A stretch of DNA of 20,176 nucleotides. Source: a virus (Duplodnaviria > Heunggongvirae > Uroviricota > Caudoviricetes). Shown piece after piece: positions 1 to 8,829 of this stretch (positions within the stretch are counted from its first letter, which is position 1; each line of letters starts with the position of its first letter). The stretch lies in IMG/VR virus record IMGVR_UViG_3300015179_000039. The stretch is one strand, 5' to 3'. The notes beneath the pieces are model-generated. The model worked only from the letters and a program-made list of their open reading frames with translations. It was not told the origin of the DNA and did no database searches. The translations under genes were made by a program, and so were the position numbers.

Positions 1-258
1 ATGCAAACCGTTATTTTTGGTCGTTCGGGTTGCCCTTACTGTGTGCGTGCAAAAGATCTGGCTGAGAAATTGAGCAATGAACGCGATGATTTTCAGTATC
101 AGTATGTAGATATTCGTGCGGAAGGGATCACTAAAGAAGATCTACAACAAAAGGCAGGTAAACCCGTAGAAACCGTGCCGCAGATTTTTGTCGATCAGCA
201 ACATATCGGCGGCTATACCGATTTTGCTGCATGGGTGAAAGAAAATCTGGACGCCTGA
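1..258 (+). CDS. grxA: glutaredoxin 1
   Basis: 85-aa ORF beginning at base 1 with the CPYC dithiol active-site motif (MQTVIFGRSGCPYCVRAKDLAEK...). Recognised from memory as E. coli GrxA; gene neighbourhood grxA-ybjM-ybjL matches. Confidence 0.93.
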   Translation: MQTVIFGRSGCPYCVRAKDLAEKLSNERDDFQYQYVDIRAEGITKEDLQQKAGKPVETVPQIFVDQQHIGGYTDFAAWVKENLDA

Positions 259-265
259 TCGTCTG

Positions 266-300
266 ACAAGCCCTCGCGTTGAGGGCTTTACTGATTTTTT
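266..300 (+). terminator. probable rho-independent terminator after grxA
   Basis: GC-rich hairpin agccctc-gcgtt-gagggct directly after the grxA stop, followed by a T-run (tactgatttttt). Coordinates approximate. Confidence 0.45.
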
Positions 301-665
301 CTGTGCTGTGGTTTAAACAAACTACTGATAAATAAGAAACACAGTGCCCCCAGCGCACACCAGAACACCGCGCTTAGTAACCATGCCAGCTCTTGCCAGA
401 ATGAGCGCGTCGGTGAAAAAAACAGCCGCATAATGAGCATCGAACAGGGTGCCGCCAGCATTGCGCCAAACAGAGGTTTCAGGACTTCTCTACGCTGTGA
501 AAAGAAGCTGGCGACTGCTCCAGGAAGAATGAAAAATAGCAAGCCGATTTCAGGATGCCCGGCAGCCCGAAAAGCGCCTTTCATGTGCGTCGCCAGAAAA
601 AGGCACACCACAATGAAGAGGACAAAACAGCAGATTGCCCCCGCCCAACGTTGTTTATGTTTCAC
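288..665 (-). CDS. ybjM: inner membrane protein YbjM
   Basis: 125-aa hydrophobic ORF with several predicted TM helices, convergent with grxA and divergent from ybjL as in E. coli. Plus-strand ORFs 433-678 and 555-752 are its antisense shadows. Confidence 0.85.
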   Translation of the reverse strand: MKHKQRWAGAICCFVLFIVVCLFLATHMKGAFRAAGHPEIGLLFFILPGAVASFFSQRREVLKPLFGAMLAAPCSMLIMRLFFSPTRSFWQELAWLLSAVFWCALGALCFLFISSLFKPQHRKNQ

Positions 666-934
666 TCGTTCCTCCTGACACTGCGTCTATCGAACACATT
701 TTTCGCCAGTGTGGCGTTCAGTAAGATAAAGCCGCTTCGCATTCCATGCTAATATAGGCCAACGCAATTCATATAGCCGTTGATACCTAATGTGATTACA
801 CTAGTAAAATATATTGTTACTTTACTATCGTTTAGGTGCGCTGAATGAATCTGCGCCCTGAATTCTGGTAAAAAACATTATCGTAAATTACCATTTCTTT
901 CAACAGCTTACTAGTAAACAAGAAGTTAGCCTCC

Positions 935-2620
935 GTGAATATAAACGTCGCCGAATTGTTAAATGGGAATTACATTCTGTTATTATTTGTGGTCCTCGCG
1001 CTTGGGCTATGTCTCGGAAAGTTACGACTTGGTTCGATCCAACTGGGTAATTCCATTGGCGTTTTAGTCGTATCGCTGTTATTAGGCCAACAACATTTCA
1101 GCATTAACACCGATGCGCTTAATCTTGGCTTTATGCTGTTTATTTTCTGCGTCGGGGTCGAAGCCGGACCGAACTTTTTTTCCATTTTTTTTCGCGATGG
1201 GAAAAATTACCTAATGTTAGCACTGGTGATGGTTGGCAGTGCGCTGGTGATCGCCTTAGGGTTAGGTAAGCTGTTTGGCTGGGATATTGGCCTGACGGCC
1301 GGTATGTTAGCAGGCTCTATGACGTCGACACCGGTTCTGGTCGGTGCTGGCGATACACTGCGTCATTCCGGCATGGAAAGCAGGCAGCTCTCACTGGCAC
1401 TGGATAATCTGAGCCTCGGGTATGCCTTAACCTATTTAATCGGTCTGGTGAGTTTGATTGTTGGTGCGCGTTACTTGCCGAAATTGCAGCATCAGGACTT
1501 ACAGACCAGCGCCCAGCAAATCGCCCGCGAACGTGGCCTGGACACTGATGCCAACCGTAAGGTTTATTTACCGGTGATCCGCGCCTATCGCGTCGGCCCG
1601 GAACTGGTGGCCTGGACCGACGGCAAAAATCTGCGTGAACTGGGTATTTATCGACAAACCGGCTGCTACATTGAACGTATTCGACGTAACGGGATTCTGG
1701 CAAATCCAGACGGTGATGCCGTGCTACAAATGGGCGATGAAATAGCGTTGGTAGGCTATCCCGACGCCCATGCCCGACTCGATCCCAGCTTCCGTAACGG
1801 TAAAGAAGTTTTCGATCGTGACCTTCTCGACATGCGTATCGTCACTGAAGAAGTGGTCGTTAAAAACCATAACGCTGTAGGTAAACGTCTCGCACAACTG
1901 AAGTTGACCGATCACGGTTGCTTCCTTAACCGCGTCATTCGTAGCCAGATTGAGATGCCGATAGATGACAACGTCGTGCTTAACAAAGGTGACGTTTTAC
2001 AAGTCAGCGGCGATGCCCGCCGCGTAAAAACCATCGCCGATCGCATCGGCTTTATCTCGATTCACAGCCAGGTCACTGACCTGCTGGCATTCTGCGCCTT
2101 CTTTGTTATTGGGCTGATGATCGGGATGATCACCTTCCAGTTCAGCACATTCAGTTTCGGCATGGGGAACGCTGCCGGGTTGTTATTCGCCGGAATTATG
2201 CTGGGCTTTATGCGTGCTAACCACCCGACCTTCGGTTACATTCCGCAGGGTGCATTAAGCATGGTGAAAGAGTTCGGCTTGATGGTGTTTATGGCAGGCG
2301 TTGGTCTGAGCGCCGGTAGCGGTATTAATAACGGCCTGGGCGCGATTGGCGGTCAGATGTTGATTGCCGGATTGATTGTCAGTCTGGTGCCCGTGGTTAT
2401 CTGTTTCTTGTTCGGTGCTTATGTATTGCGAATGAACCGCGCGCTGTTGTTCGGCGCAATGATGGGCGCACGTACCTGCGCGCCGGCAATGGAGATCATC
2501 AGTGATACAGCTCGCAGTAACATCCCGGCGCTGGGCTATGCGGGCACCTATGCAATCGCCAACGTCCTGCTGACGCTGGCAGGGACAATCATCGTCATGG
2601 TATGGCCAGGATTAGGATAA
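935..2620 (+). CDS. ybjL: putative AAE-family transporter YbjL
   Basis: 561-aa ORF with a GTG start ([20 protein letters not shown]...). Membrane domains flank a central soluble region; length and sequence match E. coli YbjL as I recall it. Confidence 0.92.
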
Positions 2621-2732
2621 AACTGAAGTTGCCCTGAAAATGAAATTTTTTTGCACAACCGCAGAACTTTTCCGCAGGGCATCAGTCTTAATTAGTGCCA
2701 CTGCTTTTCTTTGATGTCCCCATTTTGTGGAG

Positions 2733-2778
2733 CCCATCAACCCCGCCATTTCGGTTCAAGGTTGATGGGTTTTTTGTT
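2733..2778 (+). terminator. rho-independent terminator (host side of prophage junction)
   Basis: Perfect 10-bp inverted repeat cccatcaacc / ggttgatggg with a 17-nt loop, followed by ttttttgtt. The T-run is only on the plus strand, so it likely terminates ybjL-side transcription. Confidence 0.5.
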
Positions 2779-2855
2779 GCCTGAAATTTAAGCTGTTTAA
2801 AATCATGATGTTAGAAACACTGTTTTTTAACGATGGCGACAAAATGGCGGCAGCG

Positions 2856-3074
2856 TCAAAGAGAGAGCGCCACCTGTCCTGATTTCATTGGATGCGGCTG
2901 AACCGGATTTGACTCTTTTGGCGTTGCAATCGAACGAACAAAAGTTTCATGGGTTACAAAAGTATGGCTGCAGTTAATATTCTGGCACTGGTTGTAACGC
3001 TCTTTGGTCAATGAAGATACCTGAAAACTGCTGCGAGTATGGGCGGCACTTCCACACAGTGGGCAAATCATCAT
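2856..3074 (-). CDS. ogr: Ogr/Delta-family zinc-finger late-gene activator
   Basis: Contains C-x2-C-x22-C-x4-C (CPLCGSAAHTRSSFQVSSLTKERYNQCQNINC) and a C-terminal RPHP motif, as in P2 Ogr. The track ORF 2856-3107 begins at a GTG; I place the start at the internal ATG (MMICPLCG), giving about 73 aa. Start is uncertain by a few codons. Confidence 0.85.
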   Translation of the reverse strand: MMICPLCGSAAHTRSSFQVSSLTKERYNQCQNINCSHTFVTHETFVRSIATPKESNPVQPHPMKSGQVALSL

Positions 3075-3164
3075 TTTTCGAGTTCTCCCCATTTTTGCTA
3101 AATTCACAATAATGATACCGCATTATTCCATTTTGCAAACTTAAAAGTTCTCCATTGCGAAGAA

Positions 3165-4265
3165 TCATTCCATTTCGAAATCATCAATCCTCACTTCAAG
3201 CTCCAAACTGGTCGTAAAACCGTTATCCGGGCTGACGGTATGCGTCAGAGTCGTAATGGTCCATTCCGCATCATCTATCGGCTGTTTAAAACCACTGACC
3301 TTCACAGGCATTTCCGTGTAGAGATCTGCCCGCCCTTCTGCCAGTTGTAGCGAAAATGACGCAACGCCGCGTTGCAGGCGTTCCCACTGCATTTTCGCCG
3401 CTCGTTCGGCGTTGCTCCGGTTGGCATAAGTGCGATTAAGTACCAGCACGTTTTCATCCGTACCCACCAGGTAATCGCCCTGCTTCGCTTCTGGCTCTTT
3501 CTTCTGCTTCTTAGTTCTGCGCTTACGCTTCACCGTGGTGCTTTCTTTCTTCGCAGGTTCGCGGGTATGCAACCAGCTGGCAATTACGCCCGTGTAGGCT
3601 CCGCGATCTGCCAGGGTAAATCGGTGACTGTCGCCGTCCTTGCGTGTGATAGTGATCACTGGCAGAGGTTTACCAGTGGCGCTTTTGCCCTGCCCCTGCC
3701 GGATGAATAACAGATTGCCATTTTTCACCGACGCGATGGCACCGTACTGTCGCGCCAGCCGCATCAGAAAACTGCCGTCACTCTCATTAGTCTGGTCTAT
3801 ATGCTCCACGGGCTTATCCGACAGGTCTTTACCCAGTGCCATCTTCAGCTTGTGCCGCGCGGCTATTTCCTTCACCACTTCCCCGACGGTGGTCTTATGC
3901 CACGATTTTTCACGGCGGGTATTCAGCGTTTCCCGAAAATCAGCACTTCGCGCCCGGATAGTCAGGCGGTCCGGTGCGCCAGTGTGTTCAATCTCGTCCA
4001 CTGTGAATGCCCCTTTCGGGAAAAGCGGCTGCCCCTTCCAGCCCAGCGCCAGCGTAATAACCGCACCACGGCGCGGCAGCACGATTTTTCCGTCAGCGTC
4101 ATCCAGCTCCAGATCAAGCTGGTCCGCTTCAAAGCCCCGGTTATCCGTCAGCGTCAAACTCATCAGGCGGTTATCCAGCACAGTGGTGATATCCCTGCCC
4201 TCAATACTGATGCTGAATGCGGGAGTTTTGTTGCCTTTGTTAAGCAGTTCAGAGCTGAAATTCAC
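3165..4265 (-). CDS. D: tail protein D (late control gene D family)
   Basis: 366-aa ORF between U and ogr, the P2 gpD position. Internal MSLTLTDNRGFEADQLDLELDD motif resembles P2 D. Start abuts the U stop. Confidence 0.88.
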   Translation of the reverse strand: MNFSSELLNKGNKTPAFSISIEGRDITTVLDNRLMSLTLTDNRGFEADQLDLELDDADGKIVLPRRGAVITLALGWKGQPLFPKGAFTVDEIEHTGAPDRLTIRARSADFRETLNTRREKSWHKTTVGEVVKEIAARHKLKMALGKDLSDKPVEHIDQTNESDGSFLMRLARQYGAIASVKNGNLLFIRQGQGKSATGKPLPVITITRKDGDSHRFTLADRGAYTGVIASWLHTREPAKKESTTVKRKRRTKKQKKEPEAKQGDYLVGTDENVLVLNRTYANRSNAERAAKMQWERLQRGVASFSLQLAEGRADLYTEMPVKVSGFKQPIDDAEWTITTLTHTVSPDNGFTTSLELEVRIDDFEME

Positions 4266-4747
4266 GACAGAAGCCCTCCCACCGTTTTACTGATATCGCT
4301 TAAGGCAGACGTTGCCGTGTCCTGCAGATTATTCAGTTGCGCACGGAGATCACCGAACATATCGGACAGGGATTCATCCACTCGTTTGAGCGACAGGGTG
4401 AACTCAATCCGGCGCGGCATACCGTCGCGGAAAAACTCCGTTTTAGTCTGATTCAGTCCCTCAATCACATACATGCCGTAAATCGTGCCGCTGCCTTCAA
4501 TCAGGGGCCATGCTTTCCCCTGTTCTGCCATCTGCTCCAGTGCCAGCAACGACAGCCTGCCGCCTGTTATCTCCGGCATAAGAACACCGGAAAGCGTCAG
4601 CATGTCGTTTTCCGGTCCCAGAAACTGCGTGGACGGACGACGATTTACCCGACTGTTTGCCGCATGTCGCCAGCTGCGTTGATACTGCAGTTCCTGATAC
4701 GGAACGGTGCGCAGCATAAACACGTACAATCCCAGCACCATCATCAT
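4262..4747 (-). CDS. U: tail protein U
   Basis: 161-aa ORF (MMMVLGLYVFMLRTVPYQELQYQRSWRH...) resembling P2 gpU, sited between T and D. Stop overlaps the D start. Confidence 0.88.
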   Translation of the reverse strand: MMMVLGLYVFMLRTVPYQELQYQRSWRHAANSRVNRRPSTQFLGPENDMLTLSGVLMPEITGGRLSLLALEQMAEQGKAWPLIEGSGTIYGMYVIEGLNQTKTEFFRDGMPRRIEFTLSLKRVDESLSDMFGDLRAQLNNLQDTATSALSDISKTVGGLLS

Positions 4748-7700
4748 GCGTCGTATCCCCCCTGATCGCTGTAGTTACTCCTGGCTTTTGCCTTCAGCCT
4801 GCGTTCACGTTCATCAAGCTGGCGTGCCACCTCCCGCGCAATATCCTGCGCACTTTGTCCTGGCTGCGTCTGAATGATGATCTGCGTCGGTGCCTCAATC
4901 CGTTGAACGAGCGGCACAGTGGCTGCGCGACTCACAATTGCTTCTCCACCTTTCGCGGGAAGTGCCAAAGGGTGCAACGGTGGAAGCTCTGCTGGCGCGG
5001 CAGCAACGCCCATCATTCCGGCAACAACGGCAGCCAGTGCAGCTGTATTTCTCCGGCTGGTCACATTTGCCGGGCCGTTAACAATTTCCGGCCCGTTTTC
5101 ACCGACGATGCCAAACTGCCCGCGCGGGATATACCCGCCGCTGTCATACATCCCCGCAAAGCCATATCCCCATGATGGAAAACCACCCGATGGCATCATC
5201 ACTTTACCGTCTGCATTCACCGTCGCAGGTTGCTGACGCGTCACGCTTTCCGGCAGTTTTGCCTTTGCGGCCTCTTTACTGACAATGCCGAGCTTCTCCA
5301 GCAACCAGGAAACGCCGGATTTCAGGGAGTCCAGCGGATGCATGACCATATTCAGCCCTTCTGCCAGTGCCTCCCCGAATCGTCGCCCCATTGCCGCTGC
5401 GCTCTGCAGTTCGGCAGAGGTCGACTTAACGGGCGTCAGCAGATCAGTAAACCAGCCCCACAGCGCCTGCACTTTGTCGCCAATCCACTGGAACACGGGC
5501 TTAAGCGGTTCGAACGCTGCACTGATGGGACCTGCCGCCGCTTTGAATCCTTCCACCACGCCACCGAGAAATGCGGTGATGGGTTGCCAGTATTTCCAGA
5601 CAACCAGCGCCACGCCCGCCAGTGCAGTAACCACAAGACCTATCGGACTGAGCAGAGCACCTAACAGACCAGATATGGCATACAGGGTAACGCGCAGCAT
5701 CGCCAGTGGACCAGATGCCAGTACTCGCAGCACCGTGCCTGCGGCGGCCAGTCCACCGCGCAGTACCGCCAGAGGATTCATAAACATCACAGCAACAGCA
5801 CGTAAACCGGATAATCCAGACCGCAAAAGTGCAACCGGCGCACCTGCTACAGTTTTCAGGACATTTCCCGTCAGTGATGCCGTGCGGCGCAAAGACGACA
5901 ACGGCGCAGTAAGTAAACCTGCGGCGTTGCCCGATGAAGCAAGCCCGCGTCGCAGCAGTGCCAGTGGTGCGCCAGCCAGCCAGGACAACGCGCTGCTTGT
6001 TCGAGTTACTGCTGCCGTAACGGAAGGTAACGTTTTGATACCCAGCACAGAGAATCCCAGACGGATCACTGCCAGCGGCCCCAGCACTGCAGCCAGCGCC
6101 ACCGCTAAGGTGCCGAGGCCGACGGTAACCGCAGCCACAACAGCCGATGCTTTCATCAGTGTGCCTGTCAGTTCCGGGTTAGCTTCCACCCAGCGACGCA
6201 ACGCCCCCGTGACGCTTTTCACCGTGTACAGAATATCCATCAGCGGCTGGCGCAGCGTTTCGCCCAGGCTGCTGAAGGTGTTCTGCGCTCCGGTTTTGAC
6301 CAGCAACCACTGCGCAGAAAGTGAGTCTTTGTTGATGTCGGATTCTTTCTGCATGGAACCGAGCGCATCATTGCCCGCTGTCAGTTTTAGCTGGCGCTGC
6401 AGTTCCGGCAGGTTGTTTGCCAGTTTCGCCGCGTCATCACCAAACTCTTTACCAAACAACATGGTCATGGCAGACAGACGCTTGTCCTGCGGCAGTGCGT
6501 TCACCTTCTCCAGCACACGCTGGATAGTTCCCATCGCATCCTTCGTCATCTGCTTTTCAATCACTTCAGGATTGAGTTTCAGCAGATTCATCCCTTCAAA
6601 GAAACTCTTGCTTTGCATGGTGGCAATGGACAATTCACGCACCATCGCGTTTGCTGCACTGGCTGCAACCTCCGGCGCAGCGCCCAGTGTCAGAAAGGTA
6701 GAACCCAGTGCCGCCGCTTTACGATAATCCAGACGGTCAGCCACACCGCCCAGACGTTGCATCACATCAATGATGTCCGCCCCTTTCGACATGGCGTTAT
6801 CATCCAGATAGTTCAGCGCATCGCCGAGCTGTTCAATATTGCGGGTAGGTATTTTGTAGAGCTGGGCGATTTTCCCCAGACTTTCTGACAGTTCATCCGC
6901 TGGCAGCTCAAAGGCTGTTGCCGCCTTTGCTGCCGTACTGGCGAAGGCCAGCAGGTCACGTTTCTGGTCTTCCCAGCTGTCGTCAGGGTTTGCGACGTTC
7001 ATGCGCGCACCACCTTCAACCAGTGCAGCGAAGTCCACCGCACCGTTTTCCATCGGCAACTGTTCGCTGGCAGCCTTGATGGCATCCTGCATTTCATAAA
7101 AACGTGCAGTGCGGTTGCCATTATCGTCACGCAGACCATTGACCTGCTTTGCCACACCTTTCATGGCATCTTCCATGCTGGTATAGCTTTTTACTGCCGC
7201 CATCACTGGCGCACCCATTGCCAGCCCTGCAGCCGTGGTAGTGGCTCCGGCTCCTGCAATACGGTCGCGCACCTCCAGCGAACGGGCATAACTGGCACGC
7301 GCCGCATTCATCCTGCGCTGAGCTTCACCCAGTCGCTTCAGCCGCGCCTCCTGTTTCGACAATTCCTGGTTATAACGTGATGTTTCACGGGCTAAACGGG
7401 CAGTTGCTCCCGCATCATCTTTCGCAGAAATTCCCGCCCGGTACAGTTCTGCACGCACAAGCGCCGTTTGCTTCTGCAAATATTTTTGTTGTTCTTCCAG
7501 GCGTTGGACTGCCAGCGTTTGCCGACCTAAAGCCACAAGGTGCCGTTGTGATGGTTGTTCCATCGCCTCCAGCTCAGAGCTAAGCAAATTAGCCTTCTGT
7601 CTGGCATAGTTCAGCCTGTCGCCTAACTTCTTGTTATCGGCCTGCAGCTTGCGAAATTTTTCCAGGCTGTTACCCGCCTGATTGAGTTGCTTTAATGCGT

Positions 7701-7821
7701 CACGGGAGTTTCTGATTGCACCAGCCAGCTCTTTCGAACTGGCCTGTGCAGCACGGAATGGGCGGGTGAGTTTGTCAACCGCATTAAGAATGACCTGCAG
7801 GCGCAGGTTATTATCACTCAT
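4744..7821 (-). CDS. T: tail tape measure protein
   Basis: 1025-aa ORF with a coiled-coil-rich N-terminal half and Ala/Gly/Leu-rich degenerate repeats near residues 580-720, in the P2 gpT position after E/E'. Several long plus-strand ORFs in 4855-6888 are antisense artefacts of this GC-rich gene. Confidence 0.9.
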   Translation of the reverse strand: MSDNNLRLQVILNAVDKLTRPFRAAQASSKELAGAIRNSRDALKQLNQAGNSLEKFRKLQADNKKLGDRLNYARQKANLLSSELEAMEQPSQRHLVALGRQTLAVQRLEEQQKYLQKQTALVRAELYRAGISAKDDAGATARLARETSRYNQELSKQEARLKRLGEAQRRMNAARASYARSLEVRDRIAGAGATTTAAGLAMGAPVMAAVKSYTSMEDAMKGVAKQVNGLRDDNGNRTARFYEMQDAIKAASEQLPMENGAVDFAALVEGGARMNVANPDDSWEDQKRDLLAFASTAAKAATAFELPADELSESLGKIAQLYKIPTRNIEQLGDALNYLDDNAMSKGADIIDVMQRLGGVADRLDYRKAAALGSTFLTLGAAPEVAASAANAMVRELSIATMQSKSFFEGMNLLKLNPEVIEKQMTKDAMGTIQRVLEKVNALPQDKRLSAMTMLFGKEFGDDAAKLANNLPELQRQLKLTAGNDALGSMQKESDINKDSLSAQWLLVKTGAQNTFSSLGETLRQPLMDILYTVKSVTGALRRWVEANPELTGTLMKASAVVAAVTVGLGTLAVALAAVLGPLAVIRLGFSVLGIKTLPSVTAAVTRTSSALSWLAGAPLALLRRGLASSGNAAGLLTAPLSSLRRTASLTGNVLKTVAGAPVALLRSGLSGLRAVAVMFMNPLAVLRGGLAAAGTVLRVLASGPLAMLRVTLYAISGLLGALLSPIGLVVTALAGVALVVWKYWQPITAFLGGVVEGFKAAAGPISAAFEPLKPVFQWIGDKVQALWGWFTDLLTPVKSTSAELQSAAAMGRRFGEALAEGLNMVMHPLDSLKSGVSWLLEKLGIVSKEAAKAKLPESVTRQQPATVNADGKVMMPSGGFPSWGYGFAGMYDSGGYIPRGQFGIVGENGPEIVNGPANVTSRRNTAALAAVVAGMMGVAAAPAELPPLHPLALPAKGGEAIVSRAATVPLVQRIEAPTQIIIQTQPGQSAQDIAREVARQLDERERRLKAKARSNYSDQGGYDA

Positions 7822-8250
7822 CGTTGGCCCCGCTTCTCTGAATCGCTTTATACCGCCATTCCAGCACTTCGGTCAGCGGCATAACGTCAGTAACGGATGG
7901 CGGCCAGTGAAAGATGGTGGCGATATCAGCCACCAGATCGTCAACCGTCAGGCTGTCGGTAAACCGGCAAGCACCGACTTCTTCAACAAAAAAGTGACAA
8001 CCTCAACCGACATGGCAGTGAGATCTGCCGGGTCCATCTCTGCAATTTCCTGTGCAGTCAGTGCCGGACTGGAGATGCGGGGGATCACGGTCATCATCGC
8101 GTTCACATCCATATCCATAATGGCCTGCAGGCGTGTACCGCGCAGCGCACCGGACTGCGGTTTACGCAGCACAATTTCGGTGATTTCTGTTTTACCGCGC
8201 TTGATGGGGGTATCCAGTTGAATAGTCTTTTCAGTCTGCTTATCGCTCAT
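7814..8250 (-). CDS. E: tail assembly chaperone E+E' (programmed -1 frameshift product)
   Basis: Slippery heptamer T TTT TTG on the minus strand at about 7987-7993, in frame as ACT-TTT-TTG near the 3' end of E. The -1 frame is open for 57 codons (VEEVGACRFTDSLTVDDLVADIATIFHWPPSVTDVMPLTEVLEWRYKAIQRSGANDE) and stops at 7814-7816, 8 nt inside T. This matches the known P2 E/E' arrangement. Confidence 0.75.
7948..8250 (-). CDS. E: tail assembly chaperone E (zero-frame product)
   Basis: 100-aa ORF immediately upstream of T and downstream of FII, the P2 gpE position. Confidence 0.85.
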   Translation of the reverse strand: MSDKQTEKTIQLDTPIKRGKTEITEIVLRKPQSGALRGTRLQAIMDMDVNAMMTVIPRISSPALTAQEIAEMDPADLTAMSVEVVTFLLKKSVLAGLPTA

Positions 8251-8304
8251 TTTGCTGTCCTGTAAATTGGGTTCTGGCGCGGTATCCCGCGCCGTTCAGA
8301 TACA

Positions 8305-8820
8305 TCAGAGGCCGAGGGCGTTGCGGTGCGCTTCCATCAGGTCCACACCGTCCACAATTTCCACCATGTTGATAAGGTCCACTTCATAGAGCACCTCACC
8401 ATTTATAGTCAGCTTCGCGTAGCTGTTGGTACTGGTCACTTTGGTGGTGTTGCTTTCGCCCGTCTTCCACTCGCCGGAATCCACTTCTTTGTGACGTCCA
8501 CGCACCACAAGCTCCACGGCCTGCACTTCCCCGGTATCGTCACGCTGGATAGAGCCGGTAAAGCGCAGCTGGATGCCATCCACAGTGGCTTTGCCCATCT
8601 GCTTAAACAGCAGCAGTTCAGTACCACCAATGGAAAATTCTGTGTCCAGAGCACTGTCATCAAGCCCCAGATCCACATCCACTGCACCCGGCATTCCGCC
8701 GCCGCGATACTTCTCATATTTGCGGGTGAATTTCGGCAGTGTCAGCGACTCAACGATCCCCTGCCAGTTGTTCCCGTCGTTAAACAGGTTCAGGTGTTTT
8801 AATTTGCGTGGTAAAGCCAT
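8305..8820 (-). CDS. FII: tail tube protein FII
   Basis: 171-aa ORF (MALPRKLKHLNLFNDGNNWQG...) directly downstream of the sheath gene; size and position match P2 FII. Confidence 0.9.
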   Translation of the reverse strand: MALPRKLKHLNLFNDGNNWQGIVESLTLPKFTRKYEKYRGGGMPGAVDVDLGLDDSALDTEFSIGGTELLLFKQMGKATVDGIQLRFTGSIQRDDTGEVQAVELVVRGRHKEVDSGEWKTGESNTTKVTSTNSYAKLTINGEVLYEVDLINMVEIVDGVDLMEAHRNALGL

Positions 8821-8829
8821 GTTGTCCCC

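Noticed and set aside
433-752. Plus-strand ORFs 433-678 and 555-752
   Set aside because: Antisense to ybjM. Basic, low-complexity products with no ribosome-binding site.
2856-3168. ORF 2974-3168 (64 aa) and the GTG-initiated extension of ogr to 3107
   Set aside because: The 64-aa ORF overlaps ogr in another frame and has no features. The Ogr zinc-finger protein begins at the internal ATG (MMICPLCG).
3372-4451. Plus-strand ORFs of 112, 217 and 216 aa
   Set aside because: Antisense to the D gene, whose product has clear P2 gpD character. Low-complexity Ser/Arg/Pro-rich translations.
5285-6727. 480-aa plus-strand ORF, with neighbours 4855-5175, 4919-5236, 5230-5664 and 6613-6888
   Set aside because: Antisense to the tape measure gene T. 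Ala/Pro/Ser/Arg-rich low-complexity translation with no start context, typical of shadow ORFs in GC-rich coding DNA.
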